64,000 nt of DNA from Gracilinanus agilis (lineage: Eukaryota). The position numbers and the translations under genes are program-made. The notes under the pieces are model-generated. The model saw only the letters and a program-made list of their open reading frames with translations, was not told the DNA's origin and searched no databases. The stretch is taken from positions 561,451,044-561,515,043 of the forward strand of contig NC_058132.1 of NCBI RefSeq assembly GCF_016433145.1. Reading direction: 5' to 3'. Each line of letters starts with the position of its first letter. Within the stretch, counting starts at the first letter, position 1. Positions 48,090 through 61,377 of the stretch are shown here, piece by piece.

Positions 48090-48500
48090 TTTTAAAACTT
48101 CAGGATCCCTGAATACAGATGTCTCAATGCTCCAAACATTGTTCTCCTTCCTATTCCTGGAACAAAATTCTCCATCTCCTGAATCACTGAATTTTGGCTA
48201 TATGTCCCCAATGCCTGGAATATTCTCTCCTTATCCCCACTTGACTCACCTGGCTTCCTTCAAGTAGAGTCCTAACTAAAAGCCCACATTTCCCAATCTT
48301 TAATTCTGATGCCTTCTCTCAGTTGATAATCACAAATTTATCCTATATGTAGCTTATTTACACATAGTTATTTTCACATTGTCCCATCCCATTAGACCAT
48401 GTGCTCCTTGAGAGCAGGGATTGTCTTTACCTTTCTTTGCATCCCTAGCTCCTCACAGAGTGCCTGGCACATAGTAGTTATTTAATAAATGTTTATTGAT
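48090..48500 (+). mobile_element. L2 3' end
   Basis: tgctccttgagagcaggga...gtgcctggcacatagtag...aataaatgtttattga. Confidence 0.8.
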
Positions 48501-50489
48501 TGGCTGTTACTAAAACATTTTATTGAACACCATTCAACTTTTTTCTACACTGAGAAGTCTGCTTCAATTAGACAACAAATCAAAGAAGATATGCAGCATA
48601 TCCCAGAATATCCCCAGAAAAAAGTATTCTTAAAGATAATAGTTTTGATCCTCAAGAAAGCATGCTGAATATAATTGCCCTGGAGGAGAGGGAGAAGAGC
48701 CCAGAGGAAGCAGGCCTAGACTTATAAAAGCAACAGAATGCATAAGAAGGGCAATGGGTGAAAGGCAAAGGTTTTATGTGATGTGAATGGCATTGCCTAA
48801 AGTCTCCTTTCCCCCAAATAGCTTGTCCTAACAATGCTGAAATTTTAATAGTCATTCCTTTGGCTTGAGGCTCTCCAGGTAATGCTATGAAAAAATAAAT
48901 CTTATTGGGGAGGGGGATAGTCACTAATATTTTAATATGTTTGTTCACAAGGCCTGGGAAAATAAGCTTCAGAACTAGATCCTTTTTAACCTAAGAGGAT
49001 CACCTCAGGAAGGGTCTTTAGGCTCAGCAGGAGGGGCCAGGATATCTAAATGGGAATGAGTAAATGTAGATGGACAAGGGACTGGCCTTGAAGACAGATT
49101 CCCAGTGTTGCCTTGAGTGAGGCCCAAGGTGGAGGTGATTTCATTCAGGAGAAAGCTGTTTAGCCAAGGGAAGGCAGCCAAGCTGTCAGTCCAGGCTCTG
49201 CCCAGGTAACCTAATAACAAGCCTGCTGTTCAGGTCCCCATCCATGAAAGCTGATTGTCCCTTGTCTTCTCCGAACAGTCTAAAAGCCAAATCGCTTCCC
49301 ATAACATAACTTTACATTTCCCTAGCAGGGTGACTGACCTGCCTTCTGAACACCACACAGGAATTCCAGAAGAACCCTGTGTGGCTGCCCCTCTATAACA
49401 TAACTTTCTCAAACCATGTACACATACATTTATAGCAGCTCTGGCCAGCCATGCAAAAGGTTGCATTGTGTTCGGTGGCATTACTTCTAATTTAAGGAGG
49501 ATTTCGGTTGAGGACCTTTGAAGTGGGAGCTTGAATCATGCATCTGTAAATTCCTCATTTTCCACAGTTATTAAAAAGCACGCCAGTGCCAGGGTATCCC
49601 ATTGTTCATTCACTGCTTTGGCATGCCAGTATGGGGGTGGATGCCAACCACACAACAGCCTGAGAGACACAGGCAAATAGTAGGTGAGGCTGGTCAGGCG
49701 TCATAAAGGCTAGAGATCTCATGCCAGAGAGACATATGTTGGGTACCAACCATAACCAGGCCTCCAAAGCAGTCTTAAAAATGAGCTCCTTGTGTGTCTT
49801 GGAAGATATTCCAGAATTATGTGGGAAAACAGTGGAATGAACTAAAGTTCCTCATTCAGTGATGCTATTCTGGATTCAGGCAGGATTATGTTTAAAACTG
49901 AAAGAAAGGAAACAAAAACTTTCAAGCTGGGGCACTGAGTCATACATTTTTTGAAAGCTACTATCATTTTCTCATTGTTGAGCTGCCATTGTTTGGGCCT
50001 GACCACTCTGGACACAAGGAAGCTACACAATGGGATCTCCGGAATTCACAATGGGAAGGCACAACTACAGTAGGGAGCCTTACCTCTTGCTCCAGAGACA
50101 CATTAGAACTAAGCAGAGAGGGTTTTCCCCGCTTCATTTAATGCTATTTTTCTGAATAAAAAACACTGAATAAAATACTTGGCTTCCATACTCTCTGTAT
50201 GACCCCTACCAAAAGTTAATTCGCATAAATGAAGAGAGGAGAAGCTAATCTTGAAAGCAAACCACCTGTGAATATTGTGAAGAATGAGGTCAAGATTCAT
50301 GAGATGTTTTGAGCTCTTTGAGGAATAAGGTGTTATAAGCACCTGCTCTGTGTTCCTTACTAGTTGGTATGAAGGGAATTGAGATAGGGACTAGACTTAT
50401 GGTTTTCCTGATTTAAAAAAAAAAAAGGCTCCTAGTGAGGAATTTTCTTTGCCTCCTACACATTTGCATCTTCTATTCTTGAAGTGTTT

Positions 50490-50610
50490 CTTTGAGCACT
50501 GAGTTGGTTAAGTGACTTGCCTAGCATTACACAGCCAGAATGCATCAAAGATAGGACTTGAATTCAGTTTTCCAGGTTTCAAGGCCAGCTATCTATCCAT
50601 TGTTTCTGAT
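50490..50610 (-). mobile_element. MIR/Mar core fragment
   Basis: ttaagtgacttgcctagc...gacttgaattcag. Confidence 0.6.
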
Positions 50611-51956
50611 ATGGAAAGTACACTTTTGAAAATTAATATCATTACCTTATTTTCTACTTTCTCCCTCATTCCCCCACTCCCCCCAAAAAGAGACCTAACA
50701 CTGAAGGAAAAGGAAAAGTGTTTGCTGGGAGATAATAGGAAAGAGAATTAAACAGAATGGAGAGAAAGCAAGTAAGAGGAATTGAAAGCCAGAGCAAAAA
50801 GTTCAGATTTAATTCAGTAGGCATTAGGGGGTCTTTAGAGGTTCCTGACCAGAGCAGGGACAGGAGAGTTTTTAAGGGTATCAGCCTAGCATCTGTATGC
50901 AGAATTCTCTGTAAAAATTAGAAGAGAGAAAAAGAGAGAGAAGACATGTGACAAAGACCTGGATTCAAAATGCATCCCCAAAACTATGCAGATTGTAAAG
51001 TTCATTTAACAGTTACTAAAGATTTTGCTTCTCCTGGATCTGGATTTATTGTGATATTATCAGGAAGTTGAAAACAGATCTACTGACCTCTGGACCTTTA
51101 ATCCTTGAATTCATAACTACCATGTTTTATTCTACTTCATTATAATATTGAATGTATCATTCATATGACATATATTCAATAAGATATATTTTAAGTATAT
51201 GTTTATTTTTAAATTAATATTTAATAAGTCAATATAATAGTTAATAAATAAAATGTTAAATATATTCTATATTGGAAGATAGACCAGAAGATACAAAGTA
51301 TTTGGAAAGGTATGTCTGATTGACATGAAAACCCAAAGTATAGCCATTGCTACTGTTGGGAAACGGAGAGAAGAGGAGGCATAAAATTAGGACATAAAAC
51401 ACTAGGTTATGAAAAGTGGCTATAAACTACTATGCATACAGTCTTTTGAAATGCCCAATTTTGGTTTTCTGATTAAAGCTTTTCCTAACCCCTCTTGTCT
51501 TCCTTCACTAATTCAGGCCCCACCAAAGCCACTTATTAAAACCATGACCCTTCCCACACCAGAAAATTTGCACACATTCATCTGTGGGGAATACAACACA
51601 ATTCCATGTGATGCTGCTGCTGACTAATATGAAAATATAAGCTCCATAGTGGAAAATATTATGTGCTTTCCCATAATCCTCATTTTATATGGCTTTCTAA
51701 TAAGTGTCAGCTAAATTGGTGCTGTAGCAAATATCATGGAAGTTTCTTTAAATTAACATCTTAAGTTAATTTAAACAAAATGACTGACTTGCAATACTCC
51801 CAATGACCACAGTTTATTGATGGAGATCACTTCTAGAGAAGTTCTAACATTGGAAATAAGGATTCAGGCTCTTTTTCCCATCATCCCTGGCAAGATGCTC
51901 TCAGAGGCAGGAGACAATATGTGTAAGGGGAATCAAACCATTACCATTACCTAGAC

Positions 51957-52152
51957 CAACAGTCGGCAACCTTTTTGGCCGTGAGAGAGCCTTAAATGCC
52001 TGCGGAAGGAGGAGGATGGAGGCTGAAGGCACTTGGAATATGGGGTGGGGGGCTGAAGGGCCCCCTGGGGCACATCCTGGGGCTCTGCCTGGACTGGCCA
52101 GTTGGGAAGTGGAGCCAGATATGGCTCGAGAGCCATATGTTGCCGACCCCTG
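51957..52152 (+). mobile_element. Young hAT-Charlie MITE (OposCharlie-like), 196 bp
   Basis: TIRs caacagtcggcaac / gttgccgacccctg; exact 8-bp TSD acctagac; 5 CpGs. Confidence 0.9.
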
Positions 52153-52469
52153 ACCTAGACCTATGCCTCCTCTCAAACACTGAAGGAGATAACCCAGAAC
52201 TCTGAATTCATGAGCTCTTGGAATAGCAGTGTGTTCCTCAGAACACTGACTCTCTTTCTAAGTCTATCTCTACAACCATCATTGAGAGGAGCAACCTCTG
52301 GGAAGAAAGAGCCTGCTGTTTTTGCCATGACAACATCAATTGTTTACCAACTACTACCTACTGGGAGGTAAGCCTAAGAGCCCCAACAATACCAGCCCCC
52401 TCTCCCAGACTATGGGCCCTGCTTCTAGCATGGCCATTCAACTAGAAGTTCATCAGGTCTCTCTGGAGG

Positions 52470-52720
52470 TGGGTGGCATTTTTCATCATGGGTCCTTTGA
52501 ATTACTGCATTGATCAGAATAACTAAGTCATTCACAGTTGATCATTGTACAATATTACTGTTACTGTATACAGTGTTCTCCTGGTTCTGCTCACTTCACT
52601 CTGCATCAATTCATATAAGTCTTTCCAGATTTTTCTGAAATCATCCTACTTTCTCATAGCATGATGTTATTGTATCACAATCATTTGCCATAAGTTATTC
52701 AATCATTCCTCAATATCTTT
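52470..52720 (-). mobile_element. Older L1 3' fragment
   Basis: gtgttctcctggttctgctcacttcactctgcatcaattcatataagtc. Confidence 0.8.
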
Positions 52721-52751
52721 TTTTTTCAACTTACTTCAATGCTGGTTTGAG

Positions 52752-53699
52752 TTTTTTAATTTATTTAAGTATTTTTCCATGATTACATGATTCATGTTCT
52801 TTCCCTTCTCTTTTCCCCTCCCGACTCCCAGAGCTGACAAGCAATTCCACTAGTTTATACATATATTATCACTCAATACCTATTTCCATAGTATTCATTT
52901 TTGTAATAATCTTTTAAAAACCAAAACCCTACAACCAATACCCATGTAAACAAGTGAAAAATCAAACATTTTCCCTTAGCATTTCTATTCCCACAGTTCT
53001 TTCTCTAGATGTGGATAGTATTCCTTCTCATAAGTCCCTCTGGATTGTCTTGATTTACTATGTTGCTATCAGTAGCAAAGTCAATTATGTATGATAGTCC
53101 CACAACGTTTCAGTCTCTGGGTACAAAGTTCTCCTGGTTCTGCTCATTTCACTCCTCATCAGCTTGTGAAGGTCTTTCCAGCTTGTATGGAAATCAGGCA
53201 ATTTATCATTCCTTATTGCAAAATAGTATTACATCACCATCCTATATCACAATTTATTCAGCCATTCTCCAATGGAGGGAAATCCCTTATTTTCCAATTT
53301 TTTTGCCACCACAAAGAGCATAGCTATCAATATTTTGTACATACATTTTTCATTATTATTTCTTTGGGGTACAAACCTAGCAGTGGTATTGCTGGATCAA
53401 AGGGTATGCATTCTTTTAAAGCCCTTTGGGCATAATTCCAAATTGCCTTCCAGAATGATTGGATCAATTCACAACTCTACCAGCAGTATATTAGTGTCCC
53501 AATTTTGCCACATCTTTTCCAACATTTATTATTTTCCTTTACTTTCATATTGGCCAATCTACTAGACGTGAGGTGGTACCTCAGAGTTGTTTTGATTTGC
53601 ATTTCTATTAGGAGAGATTTAGAACACTTTTTCATGTGATTATTGATAGTGTTTATTTCATTAGCTGAAAACTGCCTATTCATACCCTTTGACCATTTG
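52752..53699 (-). mobile_element. 5'-truncated L1
   Basis: Reverse ORF MNRQFS...IKTTLRYHLTSSRL...CWKRCGKIGTLIYCW plus reverse 3' UTR. Confidence 0.92.
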
Positions 53700-54227
53700 A
53701 GAATAGTTTTCTAGACACACTAAAGGTCCAGAGAGCTAGCAATGAGGAGAAAGAGTCTAAACATTTTCCATTGTACTAGTTCCTGGCCCTCTCTCTCTAA
53801 CAGAAATTCGTCTAGCCATTCCTGAATAGTAGCAATGATAGGGCTCTTCTTGTAATTGCCATTGACCTTAGGCAAGTGGCTTCAGAAGTCAAAATTTCAG
53901 ATGTCTTCTGACTAATAATGTTCTTCAAACTCTCCCACTATATCCAGGTGTCTTAATCTTGATTCCTAATGCAACCAAAGTTAGCCACATCCTGGCAAGT
54001 CGCTAATGGAAACATTAAACAAACATGATTTCTCCAGAATGCAACTCCAGGTTGCTTCCTGTCTTCCTGAAAAGGAGGCTTAGTCACCTTGTTGGCAATT
54101 GTTCAAAATCGACCCCTTCAGATTTTCTCAATGATCCATTTCCAACCACAATCATTGCCAAAGAAAGATATGAATGTGCTCCACCACTTAAGTGTGAGTC
54201 AAAGGCTAAAACTCAACACCTAACTTC

Positions 54228-54310
54228 CTGAAAAGAAGGAAGAGAAAACAGAAGAAAAGAAAAGAAAAGAAAAGGGGGAGTTAGGATGAAGAGAAAGAGA
54301 AGAGAAGGAA
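54228..54310. repeat. GA-rich low-complexity tract
   Basis: gaaaagaaaagaaaagaaaag. Confidence 0.7.
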
Positions 54311-54429
54311 ATCATGGTGAATGGCATCAATTTTCTCAACGAATAAGAGAAGGTTCTAGACACAATGGCTCTCTTAATACAACCAAAGATTGCATTAGTT
54401 TTGTTGGTTACCATCTTATACTGTTGGAC

Positions 54430-54680
54430 AGGTGGTGTAGGGTAGTGGATTAAAAAGATGAGTCAGACTCAGGACCAGGAAGAAAGAGGTAGAATAAAGT
54501 TCTGCCTCCAGAACCTACTAACCATGTCACCTTGGGCAAATTACAACTTCTAAGTCCCCCAAAAAACTGTCTAAGCCTGTAAGTTGCAGAGAAAGGGGCC
54601 AATCAGAATTGGTAATAATGATTGGAAAAGGAAATTCCTTACCGGGGAATTCCCTACACCAATGAAATCATAACTGCAGT
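54430..54680 (+). mobile_element. Marsupial CORE-SINE (Mar3-like tail)
   Basis: CORE-like 5' part then aagttgcagagaaagg...ggaattccctacaccaatgaaatca. Confidence 0.5.
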
Positions 54681-54964
54681 TTTTTTTAATTGCACTATTG
54701 ACTTTCCTTGAGTTTGTGGTCCACTGTAACTTCAGCTTTTTTCAGACAAACTGCTGCCCATCCACACCTCCCTCAGCTAGTCCTAGTAAAGAGCTTCTAT
54801 TAAGTTGCATCTCCTTAGTTTTGTCTAATTATTCTAGCTTTGGAAATCTTTTTAGATCTTCCGTTATACAATATGCTAGTAATCTCTTCTAAGGTAGCAA
54901 ATTTAATAAGCATGATACTTATGCTTTTACATACCACCAAAATAAATATTAAACAGGAAATGTT

Positions 54965-55165
54965 CATTGTTCAGTCATGTGTGATTCTTCAGCACTCCAT
55001 TTGGGATTTTCTTAGCAGAGATATTGGAAGAATTTGCCATTTCCTTTTCCAACTCATTTAATAGATAAGGAAACTGAGGCAAACAGGGTTTAGTGACTTG
55101 CCTAGGGTCATACAGCTTGCAAGTGTCTGAGGCTAGTTTTGAACTCAGAAAGATTGCCCAGCTAC
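54965..55165 (-). mobile_element. Mar1-type CORE-SINE
   Basis: ttgttcagtcatgtgtgattc...aaactgaggcaaacagggtt. Confidence 0.8.
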
Positions 55166-55375
55166 AGTGAAAAAAGTACTGAATTGGGAATCTTGAGAAT
55201 CAGGAGTCCTGTGCTCAAATCTAGACTGACATTTCCTAACTGGAGGAATCATGGTGAGTCATTTAATCCTTTGGAACCTCTATTTCCTAATCTGTAAAAT
55301 GGAGGAAGAAATTTAGCAAAGCAGTTGTCAAGGAAGTAATTTGCAAGGCTTAAGGTGGTAAGTCAACATAAGCTA
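55165..55375 (+). mobile_element. MIR fragment
   Basis: ctatttcctaatctgtaaaatgg. Confidence 0.55.
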
Positions 55376-57185
55376 CAGTTGATTCAATAAATATTTATTT
55401 ACTGACACATTTATTAAGTTAAATGGTAGAGGCCAAAGGACAGATTTGATTGATGATGGCATTTTCTTTTTTCTTTTAGTTTCATAGACAAATGTTATTG
55501 GGATTATTCTTGGATAATTAGAATATTCTGTCCTTTCGTTCTGATTAGACCACATAAGCACCAAAGTCCAAAAGGGTCCTGCTATACCTAGCAGTTCCCT
55601 GTAAGAGGAATAAAAGATATGACTGATAAATTACTGATTTACTACATCCGCAGAGGGAAAAAGATATTTTACATGCCTTCTTCTACTTGAAACCTCTTCT
55701 TCCAATGATACTGTATAATGAAAAATGATTTTTAAAAAATGCAAAGGATGCAAAGGACTATGATAAAAAAGAAAATGGAGAAAGAAAATATTGAATGGCA
55801 ATGATCTTCAACATCAAAAAGAATAGTAAGACAACTTGACTCAAAACTAGCATTGTTCTGCCTCTGAAGCTCAAGTAGCTTCTCAGAACTGGTCCGAATA
55901 ATCTTTGCACATGGCCTTAGGGGCTTCTTCTTTATTAATTTCTAAATCCTAACTGATCCCAAATTGAAAGATGGAGTACCATGACTTTCTGGATCCCTGA
56001 GATTGCTTCTTCTCTGCATAGATACAGAAATCTGCCACTCCAATTTATCTTTATACCCTTTCTCTAGTTTCATTCACTTAGTAATATCTATGAATTCAAA
56101 TCAATTTACCAAGCATTTATGAGCCTCTAACTAGAGACAAGGAACTGTACTTGTACTGAACACTGGATTTATATCTACCCTCAAAGTGTTTACATTCTTT
56201 TGGGAGATAAAATATATGCCCTTAGACAAGTAAAAACAAAGTTTTAAAAAAATAGACACACATAAGTGAAGGCAAAGTAAAAAGTAGCACCTATGTCCAC
56301 TTCCTTCTGCCTAACTGTTAAGTAAATCCCCCCCAAGTTCTAGGCATTTCTTTGAATACCCTGTAAAATAATGGTTTATGATTTCCCTTTGATCTATTTA
56401 CCTTTAATAGTCAGTCAGAAGACCCAAAAAGTTCAAAGCGGACATTTAATGAAATGTCACAGTATATACAGTAGCAATGAAACGTTTGTTCCCTATCCAT
56501 TGTATCTACTGAATGTATACATAATCTCTGCTGGACTCATCATCTGTGCTATTGGTATACTGCCCTCCTGGATGCTACTCTCTCCCAGGTGCTGCCAAGC
56601 TCACCAGGCATTACCCTATGGAGTTTACTTCTGCTCCCAATTTCTGACATCTACTGGAGTTTTCAGCTATTGTGTTATCTCTTCCTCATGAAAAGAATGG
56701 GCTCTACCATGTGCATTTAGTTCAAAGCTAGAGCCTTCTTTCTAGTTCTCTTAGAAAAGTAATCGCTTTTATTTAGGCTATAGGACCAGCAACAGCCCTT
56801 CCTGGAAAAGCAGCTTGTGTCCTTTAGTGAGTGGCCTGTTTCTTTATTTCTAGTATCTTGGCTAGAAGCCTTTCTATCCCTAGCAGAAGAGTCTTTGTTC
56901 CAGATACCAAATTCATTAAACCACAGAGCAGAGACCTTCCAACTAACTAATGTTCTCAGGCTTAAATTATTGTTTAAATTCAACTTTCTGGCCTAGGAAT
57001 TTGGGTTTCTCAGATGGAAACCTTACTCTACTTTATATTGAGGCTTCCCTATTCTTCCTGCTTTTAATCTCTACATCTGACCTATCATTTACATAGTGAT
57101 TATTCAGTCAATAATACTCAAGCACTCTGGAGTGCTGGAATTCCTCAGTTTCATAATTCAGAAAATCTTTATTGGGGTTCAAATG

Positions 57186-57278
57186 TATATAGATGTAGAT
57201 ATAGATAGATAGATATAGATAGATAGATAGATAGATATAGATATAGATATAGATATAGATATAGATATAGATAGATAT
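57186..57278. repeat. Compound (TAGA)n/(TAGATA)n microsatellite
   Basis: Direct reading. Confidence 0.95.
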
Positions 57279-57689
57279 GGAAAGAAAAGCCCAGGCTTTT
57301 TGTCAAATAGTGGCATTTGTTCCTGTTTCTACCAACCCAAAACCAAAGATCATTCCCCAGATGGTAGCCAGGAGTGAGTATCTCACTATGGACTCCTAGA
57401 GGTACCTACTTCTTTATCATGATTACCCATGCTCCATTCTCCGAGCATCTGAAATTTCCCATTTTAAGAACTACTACAGTCTCACCATGATCCTCTTTGG
57501 ATATCAGTGAAGACTTCCTATATGCCTTTCTCAAATAAATGGCCAAAGATCAATGGAAAGGATATTACAAAGTCCTAAAATGGCCTCTAACATATGCCTC
57601 TTGTGAAGGGCATTGAATAATGTGCATCATATCAGGACAAAAAATGAAAGGTTATTGTGGCTAAATGATGAGCTAGAAGTTAATAAATG

Positions 57690-57830
57690 CAATGCGTCTC
57701 ATCAAGTATTTATTTTACAATATATCAGGCCTGGTACTGAGGATTCAAAGACAAAAATGAGACAATTTTCGCCTTCAAGGAGCTCACACTCTACACAGGG
57801 GAAACAATACATTCACATATAAATAACACA
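57690..57830 (-). mobile_element. L2 fragment
   Basis: aagtatttatt...gccttcaaggagctcacactcta. Confidence 0.6.
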
Positions 57831-57924
57831 ATATCACATTTTTAAGGCAAAAGCCACTAAATAAATATTTTATTTGCTAAAAGAGATCAATACAAAAATA
57901 AGAGAAGTATACAAAGTGGACAGA

Positions 57925-58150
57925 ATAATGAATTTGTAGTCATGAAGACCTAAATTTGAATCCCCTCTCTTACTCTTTACCTTGTATAACCATGGACAAG
58001 TCATGTAATCACTCTGGACCTCAGTTTCCTGAACTGTAAAATGTAGATAAAAATATCAATACTTTCCCTACTTTCCTCCCAGGAGTGTCATGAGGTTCAT
58101 ATAAGATAATTTTGCAAATCTTAAAGAATCATATAAATAACAGCTATTAA
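57925..58150 (+). mobile_element. MIR
   Basis: ggacctcagtttcctgaactgtaaaatg. Confidence 0.65.
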
Positions 58151-58534
58151 CAAAAATAAAATTTGGCATAATAAACTTACTTTAAAGAGGCTAAAATTTC
58201 TGCTAGATTTTTTATAAATAACAGAATTATAAGCTCCTTGAGAGCATAGCGTAAAGACTTAATAATGCTTTTTTTTATTCATTCCTTCATAAAATATCTA
58301 TGCACTTTTGGGGAAAAAATAGCATTTGAACATCCCTGCAGAGAGCTTGAGGAAACAAATGTTCAAAATATTCACCTCAGCTTTCAAACTTTTCTGAAAA
58401 TGATTACAGACAAATGCACATTTACACATCCCTAGTGATGGAGCAATGTAAGGAAAATCAACAAAATACCTTATAGGATCACAGATTCAGAGTTGAAAAA
58501 CAGATTAGATAGTGTCTAGTCTTATCCCTTAACC

Positions 58535-58721
58535 CAGTGATAGGCAAACTATGGCCCCTGAAATGTTCTATCCAGCTGTGCAACAGTATTCCTAATCTGA
58601 CGAATACAATGATTATTCATACAATACAATGAAACTTTGAAAAAGTTGCTTTAGAAACAGATTGACAGAAGAGTATTTCCTTTCCTTTGGCCCTCTCTTT
58701 TTAAAAGTTTGCCCATCACTG
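58535..58721 (+). mobile_element. hAT MITE, 187 bp, inside a MIR-like element
   Basis: 16-bp TIRs cagtgataggcaaact / agtttgcccatcactg (15/16 match); TSD 6/8. Confidence 0.88.
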
Positions 58722-59407
58722 CCCTAAACCCATTTTACAAATAAAAAAATTGAGGCCAGAGAACTGATTTGACCAGGATTATATAGGTGGAAGTAGGGTT
58801 GAAACACAGGTCCTGATTCCAAATCCAATCATCTTTCTATTCATTCCATTCTTTCTACCTGTTTTACTGGTTTGTTAGCATACCAGGTTTTTCAGACTCA
58901 GAACCCAAAACTAAAAACTGAAGGTTGTGAGATCAAGAGAACAGGGGAAATGTTCTGCTCTCTGCATTCTATTCATCTTCCAGGTAAATGATAATTTAGA
59001 TATTGTGAAGATAATGGGATGACGAGAACTCAAGTTTCTTGGAAGTAAAATCGCATGCTGATTTTGGAGATGCCATTATCATAGGAAAACTTTTCAATCT
59101 ATTTTCATAGATTCCTGGAGCTGAAAGAGACAGAGTTCAACTAGTTTGATCCTTTATCTGATAAATTAATCCACTCCCCAACATTCGTGCTGTAATAACT
59201 AAATTAAACTCTGTTCCTTAATTTCCATGGAGTTTATTAATATTTACTTGAACAGGAGAAGCAGACAGAGAGAAAAAGCCTAATTTTATCCTGCCATGTG
59301 ATCCTCCCCTCCATGGACCCCTTAACCATCCTTTTGCCTCCAGCTGGAGAGAATTGAGAGACCCCACTTCCTGCTTCCCCCACTTTATTTTCTCCCTTTA
59401 TACCCAG

Positions 59408-59503
59408 ATCAATTTCCCAATCATTTCCACGTCAAGTGCCTAGGTCACTGTCCAGTGACCCAAGCCCACTGACATGATGAAACTTTTGCAGTGCCGGACC
59501 AAG
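59408..59503 (+). other. Candidate exon; possible start ATG at 59474 giving MMKLLQCRTK
   Basis: Acceptor ctttattttctccctttatacccAG; donor AAG/GTAAGA; unique sequence with CpGs. Confidence 0.3.
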
Positions 59504-59711
59504 GTAAGACCCCAGTGTTTGATCCTTTGAGGGGGTTCCCTTCACACAGTGCCTTTATTACAGTCCCTTCAAAGTCAGGGAAGTCATTACCCAATAGTAC
59601 ATCTATTTAATTTCTAACAACTCTAATTTTTAGGAAATTGTTGCAATTAAGGCAAAATCTGACTCTGCAATTCCTACCTCCAGAGGCAAGTAAGTAAAAG
59701 CAGATTAAGTA

Positions 59712-59924
59712 TTTAAAAAAAAAAAAAAAAACAACTCTTATCTTCCATTTTAGAATCAATACTAAGTATTGGTTCCAAGACAGAAGAGTGGTAAGGGGTA
59801 GAAAAATGAAGTTAAGTGACTTGCCTAGGATCCCACATTTAGGAAGCGTGTAAGGCTAGATTTGAACCCAATACCTCCCATCTCCAGGTCTGGCTTTCTA
59901 TCCCCTGAGCCACCAAGCTGCTCT
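59712..59924 (-). mobile_element. SINE1-type SINE
   Basis: tagaatcaatactaagtattggttccaagacagaagagtggtaagg...gagccaccaagctgc. Confidence 0.85.
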
Positions 59925-60104
59925 TAAAATAAAACTAATTCTTTTTCTATGTGATAGTTCTATAAATACTTAAAGCTTATCATGTTCTCTACACATATAT
60001 GTGCAGCATTTCTATCTCCAATATTAAAATCCTCAGTTTTGGTGACTGTTAAAACTTATACCAAAGGGAAAGTATTTCCTTTCTTTGTTAGTTAGTATGT
60101 GAGG

Positions 60105-60285
60105 TTATAGGATCAAAGGATCTTATATTTAGAGCTTGACTGGACCTTCGAAGGTCAAGTCCTCTAACTCTAACTAAACAAGAAAACTAAGACTTGGAGA
60201 GGTGAAATAACTTTCTCTGATTGCAGAGATCACAAGTGTCACAGCTGGGATTTAAATCTATAAATGGCATTCTAATTCCTGCACT
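60105..60285 (-). mobile_element. MIR-like fragment
   Basis: ggatcttatatttagagct...aaactaagacttggagagg. Confidence 0.5.
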
Positions 60286-61377
60286 CTTCCCCCTGCGCCA
60301 AGCCAAGGTATGCCAGAGTCAGGTTCAATATGTGTTGAATAGTATAACCTACCTTCAGTTTGGTACATAAGTTCAAAATTGGAGTGTATGTGTAACCATT
60401 TCTAATTCACTTCTCCAAGGAGAAGTGATGTAGTCAAGAGCAACAATGGTTTGTGATGTATATTCATTTATAAAACAATTTGGATAAGCTATAAATGAGT
60501 GGCATCATCTCATAAAACAGCAAAGAAGTAATGGAAGTGAAAAACCTACAAAAAATTTGGCATGAATCTCATTGAACCACATCATCTCAAGAGCAGCAAG
60601 AGAGAGGAAATAAGCAGCAAGACAACATGTAGAAATGGAATAAATTTGTCATTGTTTCTCATATAAGAATGACAGGCATGGGAAACCTGGGCTTCCCAGC
60701 CCAGAATCCAAACAGTTATGGAACCCTCCAGGCAATTTGAGAGTGGGGGCCGCTTGACACAGGAATAGGACAACCACTGAAACATTAGGCCAGGACCTCT
60801 TGATTTCATCCTCAAAGTCCAGATAGGATGTGGGAGCACAGGACACAACTGCCATTTTCTTCCTGCCTGTCCATTCCTAACCCCTATGCTTTTCTAATCC
60901 CAGTACTTTTCAAAAGCTCTCATGCATAAGACTCCTCATTTTTAAGCCTTCTAGTTGGGGGTGAGGAAGGTGATCGATTAGGGGAATGTAAATCGAAGGA
61001 AATATGGAGTCCATGCCCAGATGCACCCTTTTTTATCTCTACATTGATCTATTTTATCATCAATGACAGAGTAACCCAGAAATTTGGATCCCAATGTCTA
61101 TATGCCAAGCAAAAATAAATAAAATGAAATTCACTTAAAAGAATAACTGGATCTCATCAAGTATATGCTAAAGAAATTCATATTGAAAATGACACAAAAG
61201 AAACAGTAATGCAAAATTATTTTTGTAAGATATTTAAGGGAGGAGAACAAGATTGGAGGAAAATAAGTGACAAATTAAATGAAAACAAAAAAAAATATTC
61301 CTTTGAGCCACTCAGAAATACCAACCCTATGCTGCTTTCTCGTATTTATAAAATCTTTATGAGAAGTATGTACCATG

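Noticed and set aside
54124-54195. 72-nt symmetric exon candidate (DFLNDPFPTTIIAKERYECAPPLK)
   Set aside because: Weak acceptor and no homology recognised
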